This document shows positions 20,546-29,515 of a stretch of 64,000 nucleotides of DNA, piece after piece (position 1 is the first letter of the stretch; every line of letters begins with the position of its first letter). Position numbers and translations under genes: made by a program. Source of the DNA: Candidatus Omnitrophota bacterium (lineage in GTDB: Bacteria; Omnitrophota; Gorgyraeia; Gygaellales; UBA12090); contig JAUSCZ010000042.1 of NCBI GenBank assembly GCA_030674475.1, forward strand, positions 11,139 to 75,138. Direction: 5' to 3'. The notes under the pieces are model-generated. The model had not been told where the DNA came from and made no database searches. It was given only the letters and a program-made list of their open reading frames with translations.

Positions 20546-20715
20546 AGGGGTCAGGCCTTGAAAGTTGAATTTATCTTAACAATTCTGTTGTTTAGGATAC
20601 AATACAGTTATGGTCTGTCCTATAGATTGCATAAGAAGGGTGCTTTTATCATATAACTAGTCGTGGTGATAATCGTAACTGAGGGGTTAATTTCAAGTTT
20701 CAAGGCCTGACCCCT
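20546..20715 (+). mobile_element. 170 bp MITE-like internal-deletion derivative of a REP-associated tyrosine transposase (RAYT/Y1) element
   Basis: Terminal inverted repeats AGGGGTCAGGCCTTGAAA(G/C)TTGAA; interior reads EGCFYHITSRGDNRN*, resembling the RAYT N-terminal YHITxRG motif. Confidence 0.7.
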
Positions 20716-20810
20716 AAAAGCGTTTGCCGCAGGCGGATGCGCCTACGGCGCAAGAAAGTAGTTGGTAGTTAAAGTTTTTCGCTGTAATCAAAAAAAGCGC
20801 GAGGGCATAA

Positions 20811-20964
20811 ATGAAAAAGAGGATGTCTCTGCAAGATAAGGCCTATGCGGCATTAAAAAAAGCGGTGCGGCAGGTTGTTCAACAGCATAAAAAAAACAGG
20901 TCGTCCTCTCGCGGTGTGGGAAAATGGCAGGGTAGTCCGCATTTCTCCTTACACGGTTAAATAA
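20811..20964 (+). pseudogene. Small basic protein frameshifted in an A8 run (resembles partners of zeta-toxin-like ATPases)
   Basis: MKKRMSLQDKAYAALKKAVRQVVQQHKK then, after removing one A at 20889-20896, TGRPLAVWENGRVVRISPYTVK*; family recalled from memory. Confidence 0.55.
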
Positions 20965-20981
20965 TAGGGACAGCGGCCATT

Positions 20982-21042
20982 TTAAGAAGATGAAGCGCCG
21001 GAATCTGCACTTAGGCCTGGCCTCGCTGTGCGTAGGCGGCGG
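20982..21042 (+). repeat. Diverged duplicate of the thiolase 3' end
   Basis: 54/61 nt identical to 19036-19096 (manual alignment). Confidence 0.9.
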
Positions 21043-21049
21043 ACGGAAC

Positions 21050-21078
21050 TTGACAAAACAATTATTTTGTGATACACT
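21050..21078 (+). promoter_or_regulatory. sigma70 promoter of vapBC-like pair
   Basis: TTGACA, 17 bp, TACACT. Confidence 0.7.
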
Positions 21079-21101
21079 TTGTAATACAGGAGGCGATAAC
21101 A

Positions 21102-21389
21102 ATGTCCATTACTAAATCACACAACACAAAAGAGAAAATTATTACTGCTAGATGCGATACCCATGTTAAAGAAATTCTGTATCTTCTTAGTCAGTCAGAG
21201 CGCCTTTCTATGTCTGATGTTATAGCTAAAAGCATTCTCGAATATCATAAAAGACACTTTCCTGATCAGTCTTTTTCTGAAGAAGAGCAAGAACTATTTG
21301 GCAGACATAGCAGCTCCAAAGGTGATTTATCTATAAACAGGAAACGGTACTTAAAGGAGATGTTGAGTGGAAAACATGGCCGTAATTGA
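21102..21389 (+). CDS. Antitoxin (RHH/CopG-like, VapB partner)
   Basis: GGAGG RBS before ATG 21102; LFGRHSSSKGDLSINRKRYL tail; overlaps PIN gene. Confidence 0.75.
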   Translation: MSITKSHNTKEKIITARCDTHVKEILYLLSQSERLSMSDVIAKSILEYHKRHFPDQSFSEEEQELFGRHSSSKGDLSINRKRYLKEMLSGKHGRN

Positions 21390-21798
21390 TGCCGGGCCTT
21401 TAATTGCCTTATTTGATAAATCCGATACGTATCACCAGAAGGTCAAGCATAGGCTTGAGGAATATCGTAAAGATGTCCAGGGAAGACTTATTACCACTTG
21501 GCCTATAATAACAGAAGTTACTTACATTTTGGAAGCACACGTTCATCTCGAAGCCCAGTTAGACTTCTTAAAATGGATTATTCTGGGTGGATTAGAAATG
21601 TTTGATCTAACCAGGGAGCATCTATCCAGGATAATCGAATTACAAAAGAAATATTCTAACCTTCCTATGGACTTTGCCGATGCTACTTTGCTTATTGGAG
21701 CTGAGGCCTTAGATACAACTAAAGTCTTTTCTCTTGATAAAGACTTCTCAATTTATCGCATGCTGGGCAAAAGACACATGGAGAATTTAATGAAATGA
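21367..21798 (+). CDS. vapC: PIN domain toxin (VapC-like)
   Basis: IDAGPLIAL, ITEV, MDFADA, SLDKDF acidic residues. Confidence 0.88.
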   Translation: MENMAVIDAGPLIALFDKSDTYHQKVKHRLEEYRKDVQGRLITTWPIITEVTYILEAHVHLEAQLDFLKWIILGGLEMFDLTREHLSRIIELQKKYSNLPMDFADATLLIGAEALDTTKVFSLDKDFSIYRMLGKRHMENLMK

Positions 21799-21878
21799 GA
21801 AAAAGATTTATAAATTGGTCATCAGTCATCCCTATCTACCCTGCCTACCGGCAGGCAGGCTGTTAAGGTTAATAAGAA

Positions 21879-21910
21879 AGGGGTCAGGCCTTGAAACTTG
21901 AATTTATCCT
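21879..21910 (+). repeat. Copy of the GGGGTCAGGCCTTGAAACTTGAA repeat overlapping the fadJ start
   Basis: Matches 20546-20577; contains AGGGG and the TTG start at 21891. Confidence 0.85.
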
Positions 21911-24014
21911 AAGCCTAAAAATAGAAAACGGATTTGCCGTCATAGAATTTGACCAGCCGGAGGCTAAGGTGAATGTCTTGTCTTCGGCGGTGATGAAGGA
22001 ATTGGAGGGGATAATCGCACAGTTAGCCTCCAAGCCGGATTTAAAAGGACTGCTCGTAGTAAGCAAGAAACCGGATATTTTTATTGCCGGGGCGGATATT
22101 AAGGAGATTGAGAATATTGCTTCCAGTTCCGAGGCCGAGGTTAAGGCTCAAGAGGGGCAGAAGATATTTAATGCTTTAGAGAAACTGTCTATTCCATCTA
22201 TTGCCTTAATTAACGGGGCCTGTCTGGGCGGAGGATTAGAGCTGGCTTTGGCTTGCGACTACCGTTTAGCCTGTTTCGGGGATAAGGTTAAGATTGGCCT
22301 GCCGGAGGTAAAGCTGGGGATAGTCCCGGGTTTTGGCGGCACCAAGCGCCTGCCGCGTTTGGTGGGACTGCAAAAAGGTTTACAGTTAATCCTGGCTGGA
22401 GAGGTGGTTTCTGCCGGTGAAGCTTTAAAGATTGGATTGGTTGACGGCTTGGCCAGTCAAAACCGCTTGCTTGAGGAAGGTATTGAGTTTCTTAAAAGCC
22501 ATCCCCATAAACGCCGGGGATATAAGCCCAGGCTTAAAGGCTGGCTGAATAAATTTCTGGACCGGAATTCTCTGGGACGGTCTATCTTGAAAGATCAAAC
22601 CCGGAAGTTGGTCTTGAAAACTACTAAAGGCCAATATCCCGCGCCGTTAAAGGCCCTGGAGGCAGTTGTTGAAAATTATAGCTCTTCTTTAGAAAGGGCC
22701 CTAGAGAGAGAGGCCCAGGTATTTGGGGAATTGGTAGTCGGGGAAATCTCCAAGAATCTGATTTCGCTATTTTATTTAACTGAGAAATATAAGAAAACCA
22801 AATGGAGTCAGGCCCAGCCTAGTAAGATTGGTAAGTGCGCGGTTTTGGGGGCGGGAGCAATGGGCGGAGGCATTGCCCAGTTATTTAGCGCTTATGGATT
22901 GCCGGTGCGGATGAAAGATTTAAACTATCCGTCATTGGGCCGCGGCCTAAGACAGGCCAGAGAGGTCTATGATTACGCGGTTAAGAAGAAAAAGCTCAAA
23001 AAAAATCAGGCGGTATTTGGAATGGGACTGATTTCTTCGACTTTGGATTACAGCGGATTTGCCAATGCGGATTTAGTGGTGGAGGCGGTGGTTGAGGATA
23101 TGAAGATAAAGCAGGCGGTCTTTGGTCAGCTTGATTCGGTGGTCAGTCCGCGGACGATCATAGCCTCAAACACCTCTTGTTTATCGGTTGAGCGGATGTC
23201 GGAGGGAGCGCGAAATAAAGAGCGGGTAATCGGGATGCACTTTTTTAACCCGGTGCACCGGATGCCTTTGATTGAGCTGATCCGCACCCCCCATACCAGC
23301 GAGGAGACAATCAGCACGATGGTTGAGTTCTCCCGGAAATTAGGCAAGACCCCGATTGTAGTCAGGGATTCCTGCGGCTTCTTGGTAAATAGAATCCTTC
23401 TGCCCTATCTTAACGAGGCCGGATTTATCCTGGAGGAAGGCATAAGTTTTGAGCGAATAGACAAAATTATGTTGGATTTTGGTATGCCAATGGGGCCGTT
23501 TACCTTAATGGATGAAATCGGATTAGATGTAGGCTATAAGGTGGCTTGTTTGTTAGAGGAAAATTTAGGGGCCAGGTTAAAGGTGCCCCAGATTTTCAAG
23601 AAAGTCTACGAGAAGAAATGGTTTGGCAAGAAAACCGGCCAGGGGTTCTACATTCATAGGACAAAAGAAAAAGAGCCGAATAAAGAGGTGAATGGTTTAT
23701 TACCGAATTCGCGAAAAGCTGTTATGAGTGACGAAGATATTTTAAGCCGGATGCTTTATCGGATGATTAATGAGGCGGCCTTTTGTTTAGAGGAAAAGGT
23801 CTGTAATGAGCCTGCGGATGTGGATATCGGGATGATTATGGGCACCGGTTTTCCGCCGTTTCGCGGCGGGCTTCTGCGCTACGCGGATAAACTTGGCGCC
23901 CAAAGAATCGCGCGAGAATCGCGTGAATTCGTGGATAAATTTAAAGCCGAGCGTTTTAGTCCTTGCGGTTTCTTGGTTGAATTGGCCAAGATAAACGGAA
24001 AATTCTATAGATAA
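21891..24014 (+). CDS. fadJ: Fatty-acid oxidation complex alpha subunit (enoyl-CoA hydratase / 3-hydroxyacyl-CoA dehydrogenase)
   Basis: FIAGADI, CLGGGLELALAC, GLPEVKLG, GAGAMGGGIA, GMHFFNPV, GFPPFRGG. Confidence 0.92.
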   Translation: MKLEFILSLKIENGFAVIEFDQPEAKVNVLSSAVMKELEGIIAQLASKPDLKGLLVVSKKPDIFIAGADIKEIENIASSSEAEVKAQEGQKIFNALEKLSIPSIALINGACLGGGLELALACDYRLACFGDKVKIGLPEVKLGIVPGFGGTKRLPRLVGLQKGLQLILAGEVVSAGEALKIGLVDGLASQNRLLEEGIEFLKSHPHKRRGYKPRLKGWLNKFLDRNSLGRSILKDQTRKLVLKTTKGQYPAPLKALEAVVENYSSSLERALEREAQVFGELVVGEISKNLISLFYLTEKYKKTKWSQAQPSKIGKCAVLGAGAMGGGIAQLFSAYGLPVRMKDLNYPSLGRGLRQAREVYDYAVKKKKLKKNQAVFGMGLISSTLDYSGFANADLVVEAVVEDMKIKQAVFGQLDSVVSPRTIIASNTSCLSVERMSEGARNKERVIGMHFFNPVHRMPLIELIRTPHTSEETISTMVEFSRKLGKTPIVVRDSCGFLVNRILLPYLNEAGFILEEGISFERIDKIMLDFGMPMGPFTLMDEIGLDVGYKVACLLEENLGARLKVPQIFKKVYEKKWFGKKTGQGFYIHRTKEKEPNKEVNGLLPNSRKAVMSDEDILSRMLYRMINEAAFCLEEKVCNEPADVDIGMIMGTGFPPFRGGLLRYADKLGAQRIARESREFVDKFKAERFSPCGFLVELAKINGKFYR

Positions 24015-24068
24015 TTTAATAGTTGACGGTTACTTTAATCATTTCTAAATACGTTCATACAGTAATTC

Positions 24069-24169
24069 GTAGCGGTTGCCGCCCGCCTGCTCGCCTCGCG
24101 GCGAAGCCGAGGGCCGGCAGGCAGGTAAGGCAACGATATTACCGGGTCAGCGGACGCTGACCCCTACAC
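24069..24169 (+). repeat. Composite REP-like element with nested insertion
   Basis: Inverted copy of 52539-52615 plus a 24 bp insert at 24091-24114. Confidence 0.85.
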
Positions 24170-24198
24170 GCTAACTGCTACTATTAGGAGAGAAAAAT

Positions 24199-26052
24199 AT
24201 GGATATCTATGATAAAGGCATAAGTTCGGAAAAGAGAGAATCTTTGGAGCTGGCTGAGGCCTCGCGGGAGAAGGAATGGAACTATCCCAGCTTTGTCCGG
24301 GAGCTTTTTCACGGGGAGCTACCCTGGGATTTGGTGCATCCTTTCCCTCAACAATCTGAGGCAGAAAAGAAAATCGGCAGTGATTATTTAGAGAAGATAG
24401 AGAAATTTCTGCGGGCCAATCTTAATCCGGATGAAGTGGATAAAACCGGCGAGATGCCCCAGGAAGTGATTAAAGGCTTGGCGGATTTAGGGGCTTTCGC
24501 GATGAAAATCAAACCGGAATACGATGGTTTGGGATTAAGCCAGGTAAATTATAACCGGGTAATCCATTTGATCGCCAGCTACTGCGGCTCAACCACGGTG
24601 TTATTGTCCGCGCATCAGAGTATCGGCGTGCCCACGCCTTTGAGCCTTTTCGGGACACCGGAGCAGAAGAAAAAATATCTGCCCCGTTTTCGTCAGGGAG
24701 CGATTTCCGGTTTTGCCTTGACCGAGCCCTCCGCGGGTTCAGACCCCCGGACAATGAAGACTACCGCGGTGCCCACCGAGGACGGTCAGCATTATTTAAT
24801 CAACGGGGAAAAGCTCTGGATTTCTAACGGTAATATAGCCGACATCCTGATTGTGATGGCCAATACCCCGCCTAAGATAGAAAGAGGCAAAGAGAAAAAA
24901 CAGATTACCGCGTTTATTGTGGAGACTAATACCCCGGGTTTTGAGGCGGCTTACCGCTGTAGTTTTATGGGCTTGAAGGGAGTCCAACTGGGGCTTTTAA
25001 AATTTAATAATGTCAAGGTGCCTAAAGAGAATATTGTTTTAGGTGAAGGCCAGGGCTTGAAGCTGGCCTTCCTTACTCTAAATACCGGCCGGCTGACTAT
25101 TCCGGCGGCCTCCAGCGGAATGAGTAAATGGTGTTTAGCGGTTGCCCGCGAGTGGTCTAAGGAAAGAAAGCAATGGGGACATCCCATTGGTGAACATGAG
25201 GCGGTGGCTACTAAGCTTTCTCTGATTGCCGCCAATACCCTGGCTATAGACGCGGTTACCTGGCTTACTTCACAGATGGCTGATGCCAAGAAATTGGATA
25301 TCCGCTTAGAGGCGGCTATGGCCAAGCTTTTTTCTTCGGAGGCCGCCTGGAAGGTGATTGATGATACCTTTCAGATCCGGGGAGGAAGAGGTTTTGAAAC
25401 CGCCCTGTCTTTAAAGGGCAGGCACGAGCCGGGCTATGCCGTGGAGAGGGTGTTTCGGGATGCCCGGATAAACCTGATTATTGAAGGCACCAGCCAGATA
25501 ATGCGGCTTTTCATTGCCCGGGAGGCTTTGGACCCGCATTTAAAGAGGATGCTTTCGGTTATGGGCCCCAGGGTTTCTATAGTAGGAAGGATAAAGGCGG
25601 CGCTATCCACCGGATTGTATTATTTAGCCTGGTATCCTAAATTATGGCTTCCTTCTAAGCGGGATTTTTCGGACTTGCCTGATGAACTTCGGGGGCATCT
25701 GCGTTTTGCCAGTTATGCTACTAAACGTTTAGCCAGGACCATATTTTTGAATATGCTTATTCATCAACAACGTTTGGAATCCAAGCAGAATCTTTTAAAC
25801 CGTTTTGTGGATATCGGAATGGATCTTTTTGTAATTTCAGCAATTTGCTCTTACGCCGTATCGTTGAATAAAGCTCAGCAGAAGTCCGGCTCTCCTGTTG
25901 AGCTGGCAGATTTATTTTGCCGCCAGGCCCGGGAGCGGATTGCCGGAAATTTTAAGGATATTTCTAATAATTATGATCAGCCCGCGCTCAAAATAGCCAA
26001 AAAGATCCTTAGCGGCGACTTTGAGTGGCTGGAGAACGAAATCATTAAATAA
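24199..26052 (+). CDS. Acyl-CoA dehydrogenase (long, ACAD9/VLCAD-like)
   Basis: AHQSIG, FALTEPSAGSD, NGEKLWISNG, QIRGGRG, IIEGTSQI. Confidence 0.92.
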   Translation: MDIYDKGISSEKRESLELAEASREKEWNYPSFVRELFHGELPWDLVHPFPQQSEAEKKIGSDYLEKIEKFLRANLNPDEVDKTGEMPQEVIKGLADLGAFAMKIKPEYDGLGLSQVNYNRVIHLIASYCGSTTVLLSAHQSIGVPTPLSLFGTPEQKKKYLPRFRQGAISGFALTEPSAGSDPRTMKTTAVPTEDGQHYLINGEKLWISNGNIADILIVMANTPPKIERGKEKKQITAFIVETNTPGFEAAYRCSFMGLKGVQLGLLKFNNVKVPKENIVLGEGQGLKLAFLTLNTGRLTIPAASSGMSKWCLAVAREWSKERKQWGHPIGEHEAVATKLSLIAANTLAIDAVTWLTSQMADAKKLDIRLEAAMAKLFSSEAAWKVIDDTFQIRGGRGFETALSLKGRHEPGYAVERVFRDARINLIIEGTSQIMRLFIAREALDPHLKRMLSVMGPRVSIVGRIKAALSTGLYYLAWYPKLWLPSKRDFSDLPDELRGHLRFASYATKRLARTIFLNMLIHQQRLESKQNLLNRFVDIGMDLFVISAICSYAVSLNKAQQKSGSPVELADLFCRQARERIAGNFKDISNNYDQPALKIAKKILSGDFEWLENEIIK

Positions 26053-26103
26053 CCTTTTCGCGTAATCTGTTCTCTGTTCTCTTCCGAGCAAAGCGAGGAA
26101 AAT

Positions 26104-28200
26104 ATGGATTTCTTTAATCTTTCCAGCATTATCAAAAAAGACCCGGATAAGGTCTTTATCGTTAATTATGCCCCGGTTTTTGCCCGGCTTAGCGAGTCCG
26201 AGAAAAATTTGATAATGCAAAAAAGCAAAGTCGTAGAATATGCCAAAGGGGATATTATCTATAGACAAGGAGATATTCCTACCGCTTTCTATTGCGTTAT
26301 CAGCGGCAGAATCAGGGTTTTCATTAAGCCTCCAGACCGGACTGAGGAGACCCTGGAGTATCTTAACTGCGGACGTTACTTTGGGATGATTTCTTCGCTT
26401 TTAGGAGAGAATCATTCGGTAAGCGCCCAGGCGGCTAACGACTCTAAGATTTTAGAGATCACCCCGGAGGATTTTCGCGGCATCTTAAATAACGCCCCGC
26501 GCTTAGCCATTGACATCAGTCACACCTTGTCCCGCCGGCTTAAGAAAAAAGATCAGGCTGAGAAGAAGATTTTTGAAAGCAACATCATCTCGGTTTTCGG
26601 CATATCCGCTAATACCGGATGCGCGGCCTACGCGGCGAATCTGGCCTTAAGCCTGAAGAAGGAAACCAAGAAAGATGTCCTGCTGATAAATGTGGCCTCA
26701 GCTAAAGACCAGCTTTACCGTGATTTTGACTCTGTTGATGGCGCCTCCAGCGGCCCCGGCGGCTTATGGATGGTTAAACTGGATTCTCCGCTTCCCCCGG
26801 AGGAATCTTTAAATAGCGCGATATCGGAAGATGCCTTTTCCGGGGTGAAATTGGTCAACGTTATCTACGACAGTTCAAGCGCTTCTTATGTCAGCAGATT
26901 TAACGCCTTTCTGACCTATTTTACCGGAAGCTATCACTACATAATCGTTCAACTGCCGCCTCTGGTTGAAGACGCGGTTTTTAACGCCCTCAACCAGTCC
27001 GACTCTGTTCATTTGCTGAGTAACTGCGATGCTAACAGTTTAGGGAAGACAAAATCCCTTTTGTTTGATTTATCTCAGAAGGTAAGCTCGGCCCAGGAAA
27101 AAGTAAGCTTGATTCTGGCCCGGCATCAGCAGGGCGGAGAGCCTTCTTGCGAGGAGATCGCCTCTTCTTTAAAGCATAGTATTTATGCATCCTTGCCGGC
27201 CCTGGATGAGGTTTACCGGAAAATAGGCAAGCCAACCAAAAGGATTGTAACCGAGTATATTGAATTAGAGTATTCCCGCTCAGTTCGGAGAATTGCCCGG
27301 GAAATAGGAGGTATTCGGGTGGGCCTGGCCCTGGGCAGCGGGGCGGCCTACGGCCTGGCTCATATCGGGGTAATCAAGGTTTTAGAGAAGGAAAATATCC
27401 AAATAGATATGATTGCCGGCTCTAGTATGGGGGCGCTGGTCGGGGCATTGTGGGCCTCAGGCTTAAACAGCTCGGAAATTCAGAATATGCTGATGGAGTA
27501 TAACAATAACCGCCTTAAGGCCTATGGCCTTTTGATTGACCTCTGCTTTCATAAAATGTCCCTGGCCAAGGGCAATAAAATCCGCAGGTTTTTAGAGAAG
27601 CACATCGGAAATAAAACCTTTCAGGATGTTAAGCTTCCTTTGCGGGTGGTTGCTTGTAATATCACTAAACGCCAGGAGGTTATTTTTAACAGCGGCAGAA
27701 TTGTGGACGCGGTGATGGCTAGTATCGCGATCCCGGCTGTCTTTGCCCCACAGGTTATTGGCGGTGATTTGATTATTGACGGAGGAATAATTGAGCCGGT
27801 GGCAGTGGGAACGCTGGTAAAGATGGGTATAAATAAGATAATCGCGGTGAATGTCCTGCCCAGTCCCGAGAGTATGGCGCGCAGCCATGAGTTCAAACAA
27901 CTGCTGAAACAGAAAGAAAGAGAAAAGGCGGGGAAAGGGAGTTTTCTGGACAAACTTTCTTATCAATTTCAATCCGGTCTTAACCGGATGTTTTTTCCGA
28001 ATATCTTTGATATTATCGTAAATAGTATGCAGACAATGGAATACGCCATTGCCGAGGCCGACTGTCAGAGGGCCGATGTCCTGATCAGTCCGGTAGCCTT
28101 GGGCGTGGAATGGTTTGATTTCTTCAGGATAGAGGAGCTGATCAAGATAGGGGAATATGAGGCAATTAAGTCTCTGGCTAATATCAAGAGTATTTTTTAA
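26104..28200 (+). CDS. cNMP-binding / CpaE(MinD)-like / patatin phospholipase fusion
   Basis: cNMP domain (IYRQGD, GRYFG); degenerate P-loop domain (ISVFGISANTGC..AANLA, YHYIIVQLP); patatin LGSGAAYG, GSSMG, DGG. Confidence 0.85.
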   Translation: MDFFNLSSIIKKDPDKVFIVNYAPVFARLSESEKNLIMQKSKVVEYAKGDIIYRQGDIPTAFYCVISGRIRVFIKPPDRTEETLEYLNCGRYFGMISSLLGENHSVSAQAANDSKILEITPEDFRGILNNAPRLAIDISHTLSRRLKKKDQAEKKIFESNIISVFGISANTGCAAYAANLALSLKKETKKDVLLINVASAKDQLYRDFDSVDGASSGPGGLWMVKLDSPLPPEESLNSAISEDAFSGVKLVNVIYDSSSASYVSRFNAFLTYFTGSYHYIIVQLPPLVEDAVFNALNQSDSVHLLSNCDANSLGKTKSLLFDLSQKVSSAQEKVSLILARHQQGGEPSCEEIASSLKHSIYASLPALDEVYRKIGKPTKRIVTEYIELEYSRSVRRIAREIGGIRVGLALGSGAAYGLAHIGVIKVLEKENIQIDMIAGSSMGALVGALWASGLNSSEIQNMLMEYNNNRLKAYGLLIDLCFHKMSLAKGNKIRRFLEKHIGNKTFQDVKLPLRVVACNITKRQEVIFNSGRIVDAVMASIAIPAVFAPQVIGGDLIIDGGIIEPVAVGTLVKMGINKIIAVNVLPSPESMARSHEFKQLLKQKEREKAGKGSFLDKLSYQFQSGLNRMFFPNIFDIIVNSMQTMEYAIAEADCQRADVLISPVALGVEWFDFFRIEELIKIGEYEAIKSLANIKSIF

Positions 28201-28212
28201 GCTGATAAATGA

Positions 28213-28992
28213 ATGAGAAAGATTGGCGTGGTAATTCTTATCGCGGGCGCTTTTCTTTCATTCCAAACGGTTCTTGGGTTGACAGAATTAAAGCGGTTTT
28301 CTTTTAACCGGGAAAACGCGCTTAAGGAATGGAAGGAAAAGATTTTTCATGGCCGGGTACTTTACGCGGTAACCCCGCGCGATCCAGCGGGGTATCTTAC
28401 GGGAAAAAGCCAGAAAACATCTTCAGGATTATTCTATCTAATTAAATTCAGCCCCAAAAAGTATCCTTACCTGAGCTGGCGCTGGAAGGTGGATAAATTT
28501 CCCTCTAAGAGCCGCGAAAATGACCGGTCCAGGAAATCCTGGATAGAGCGCGACGATTACGCGGTAAGGTTTTATGTGATTTTTCCGGCAATGATTTTTA
28601 CTAATACCCGTTGCCTGGAATATATCTGGTCTGAAGACTTGCCTCAAGGCACTATTTTAACCAGTCCTTTTTTTAAAAATATCAAGCTGATTGTGCTTGA
28701 ATCCGGCAAGGAAAGAATAGGAGAGTGGATACAGGAGGAAAGGAATATCTTTGAGGATTATAAAGCCGCCTTTGGGAGGTTTCCTTCAGGCATTGTCGGG
28801 GCAATTGCCTTAATGACCGATTCGGATAATACCCAGAGTGATGCCGAAGGCGGTTATTCCGATATAAAAGTGGGATATGAAAAAGCCGCTATAGAGCCTA
28901 TTTCGGGAAAAGAAATCGTTAAGGTGAAACCCGGGAAGGCCCCGGAGTTTTTAGACTATTTGAAGAGATTACTGAAAAAAATCCAAAAATAG
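28213..28992 (+). CDS. DUF3047-like exported protein
   Basis: Signal peptide; LSWRWKV, DDYAVR, LEYIW, IALMTDSDNT. Confidence 0.75.
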   Translation: MRKIGVVILIAGAFLSFQTVLGLTELKRFSFNRENALKEWKEKIFHGRVLYAVTPRDPAGYLTGKSQKTSSGLFYLIKFSPKKYPYLSWRWKVDKFPSKSRENDRSRKSWIERDDYAVRFYVIFPAMIFTNTRCLEYIWSEDLPQGTILTSPFFKNIKLIVLESGKERIGEWIQEERNIFEDYKAAFGRFPSGIVGAIALMTDSDNTQSDAEGGYSDIKVGYEKAAIEPISGKEIVKVKPGKAPEFLDYLKRLLKKIQK

Positions 28993-29051
28993 GCAGCAAT
29001 CTCTTATAATCCTTAGGATTTATACCTGATGATTATACCAGCGAGGTGCAG

Positions 29052-29471
29052 ATGAAAAGAAAAGAGAAGTGCCGCAGGCGTCCGGTTATCGCTAACCGTT
29101 TCCAGCGTAAGATTTTAAACTTAGTATTTTTTTCAACCGTGGTGCCGATGAGCATAGGGGTGATCTGCCTTTATTATTTAATCTTTAGTGTGGTGGCCGG
29201 TGAAATGGGCATACCTGAATCCATCGGTTATACCTTAATCCCTGCCGCGCAAAAGGCCGCGGGTATCGCGATACTAGGGTTTTTGTTTTCGGTATTTATC
29301 CTTTGGGTGTGGGCGCTCAAGGTATCGCATAGGCTGGCCGGACCTTTAGAAAGATTATGCCAGGAGTTGGACGATCGTATTTGCGGAAAGAAAAAAGGAT
29401 ATATATATTTTCGCAAAGGCGATTATCTGGCTATCTTAGCCGGAAGAATCAATGGCCTGCTGGGGAAGTAA
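29052..29471 (+). CDS. Small 2-TM membrane protein with HAMP-like tail
   Basis: Two TM helices; SHRLAGPLERL...RKGD. Confidence 0.65.
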   Translation: MKRKEKCRRRPVIANRFQRKILNLVFFSTVVPMSIGVICLYYLIFSVVAGEMGIPESIGYTLIPAAQKAAGIAILGFLFSVFILWVWALKVSHRLAGPLERLCQELDDRICGKKKGYIYFRKGDYLAILAGRINGLLGK

Positions 29472-29515
29472 ATTTGGGGTAAATTTTTCTTTACCGTATA
29501 GGAAATTCTATCGGA

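Noticed and set aside
19725-21910. Spaced repeats suggesting a CRISPR array or integron attC sites
   Set aside because: Irregular spacing, mixed orientation and no cas or intI gene; better explained as RAYT-associated ends.
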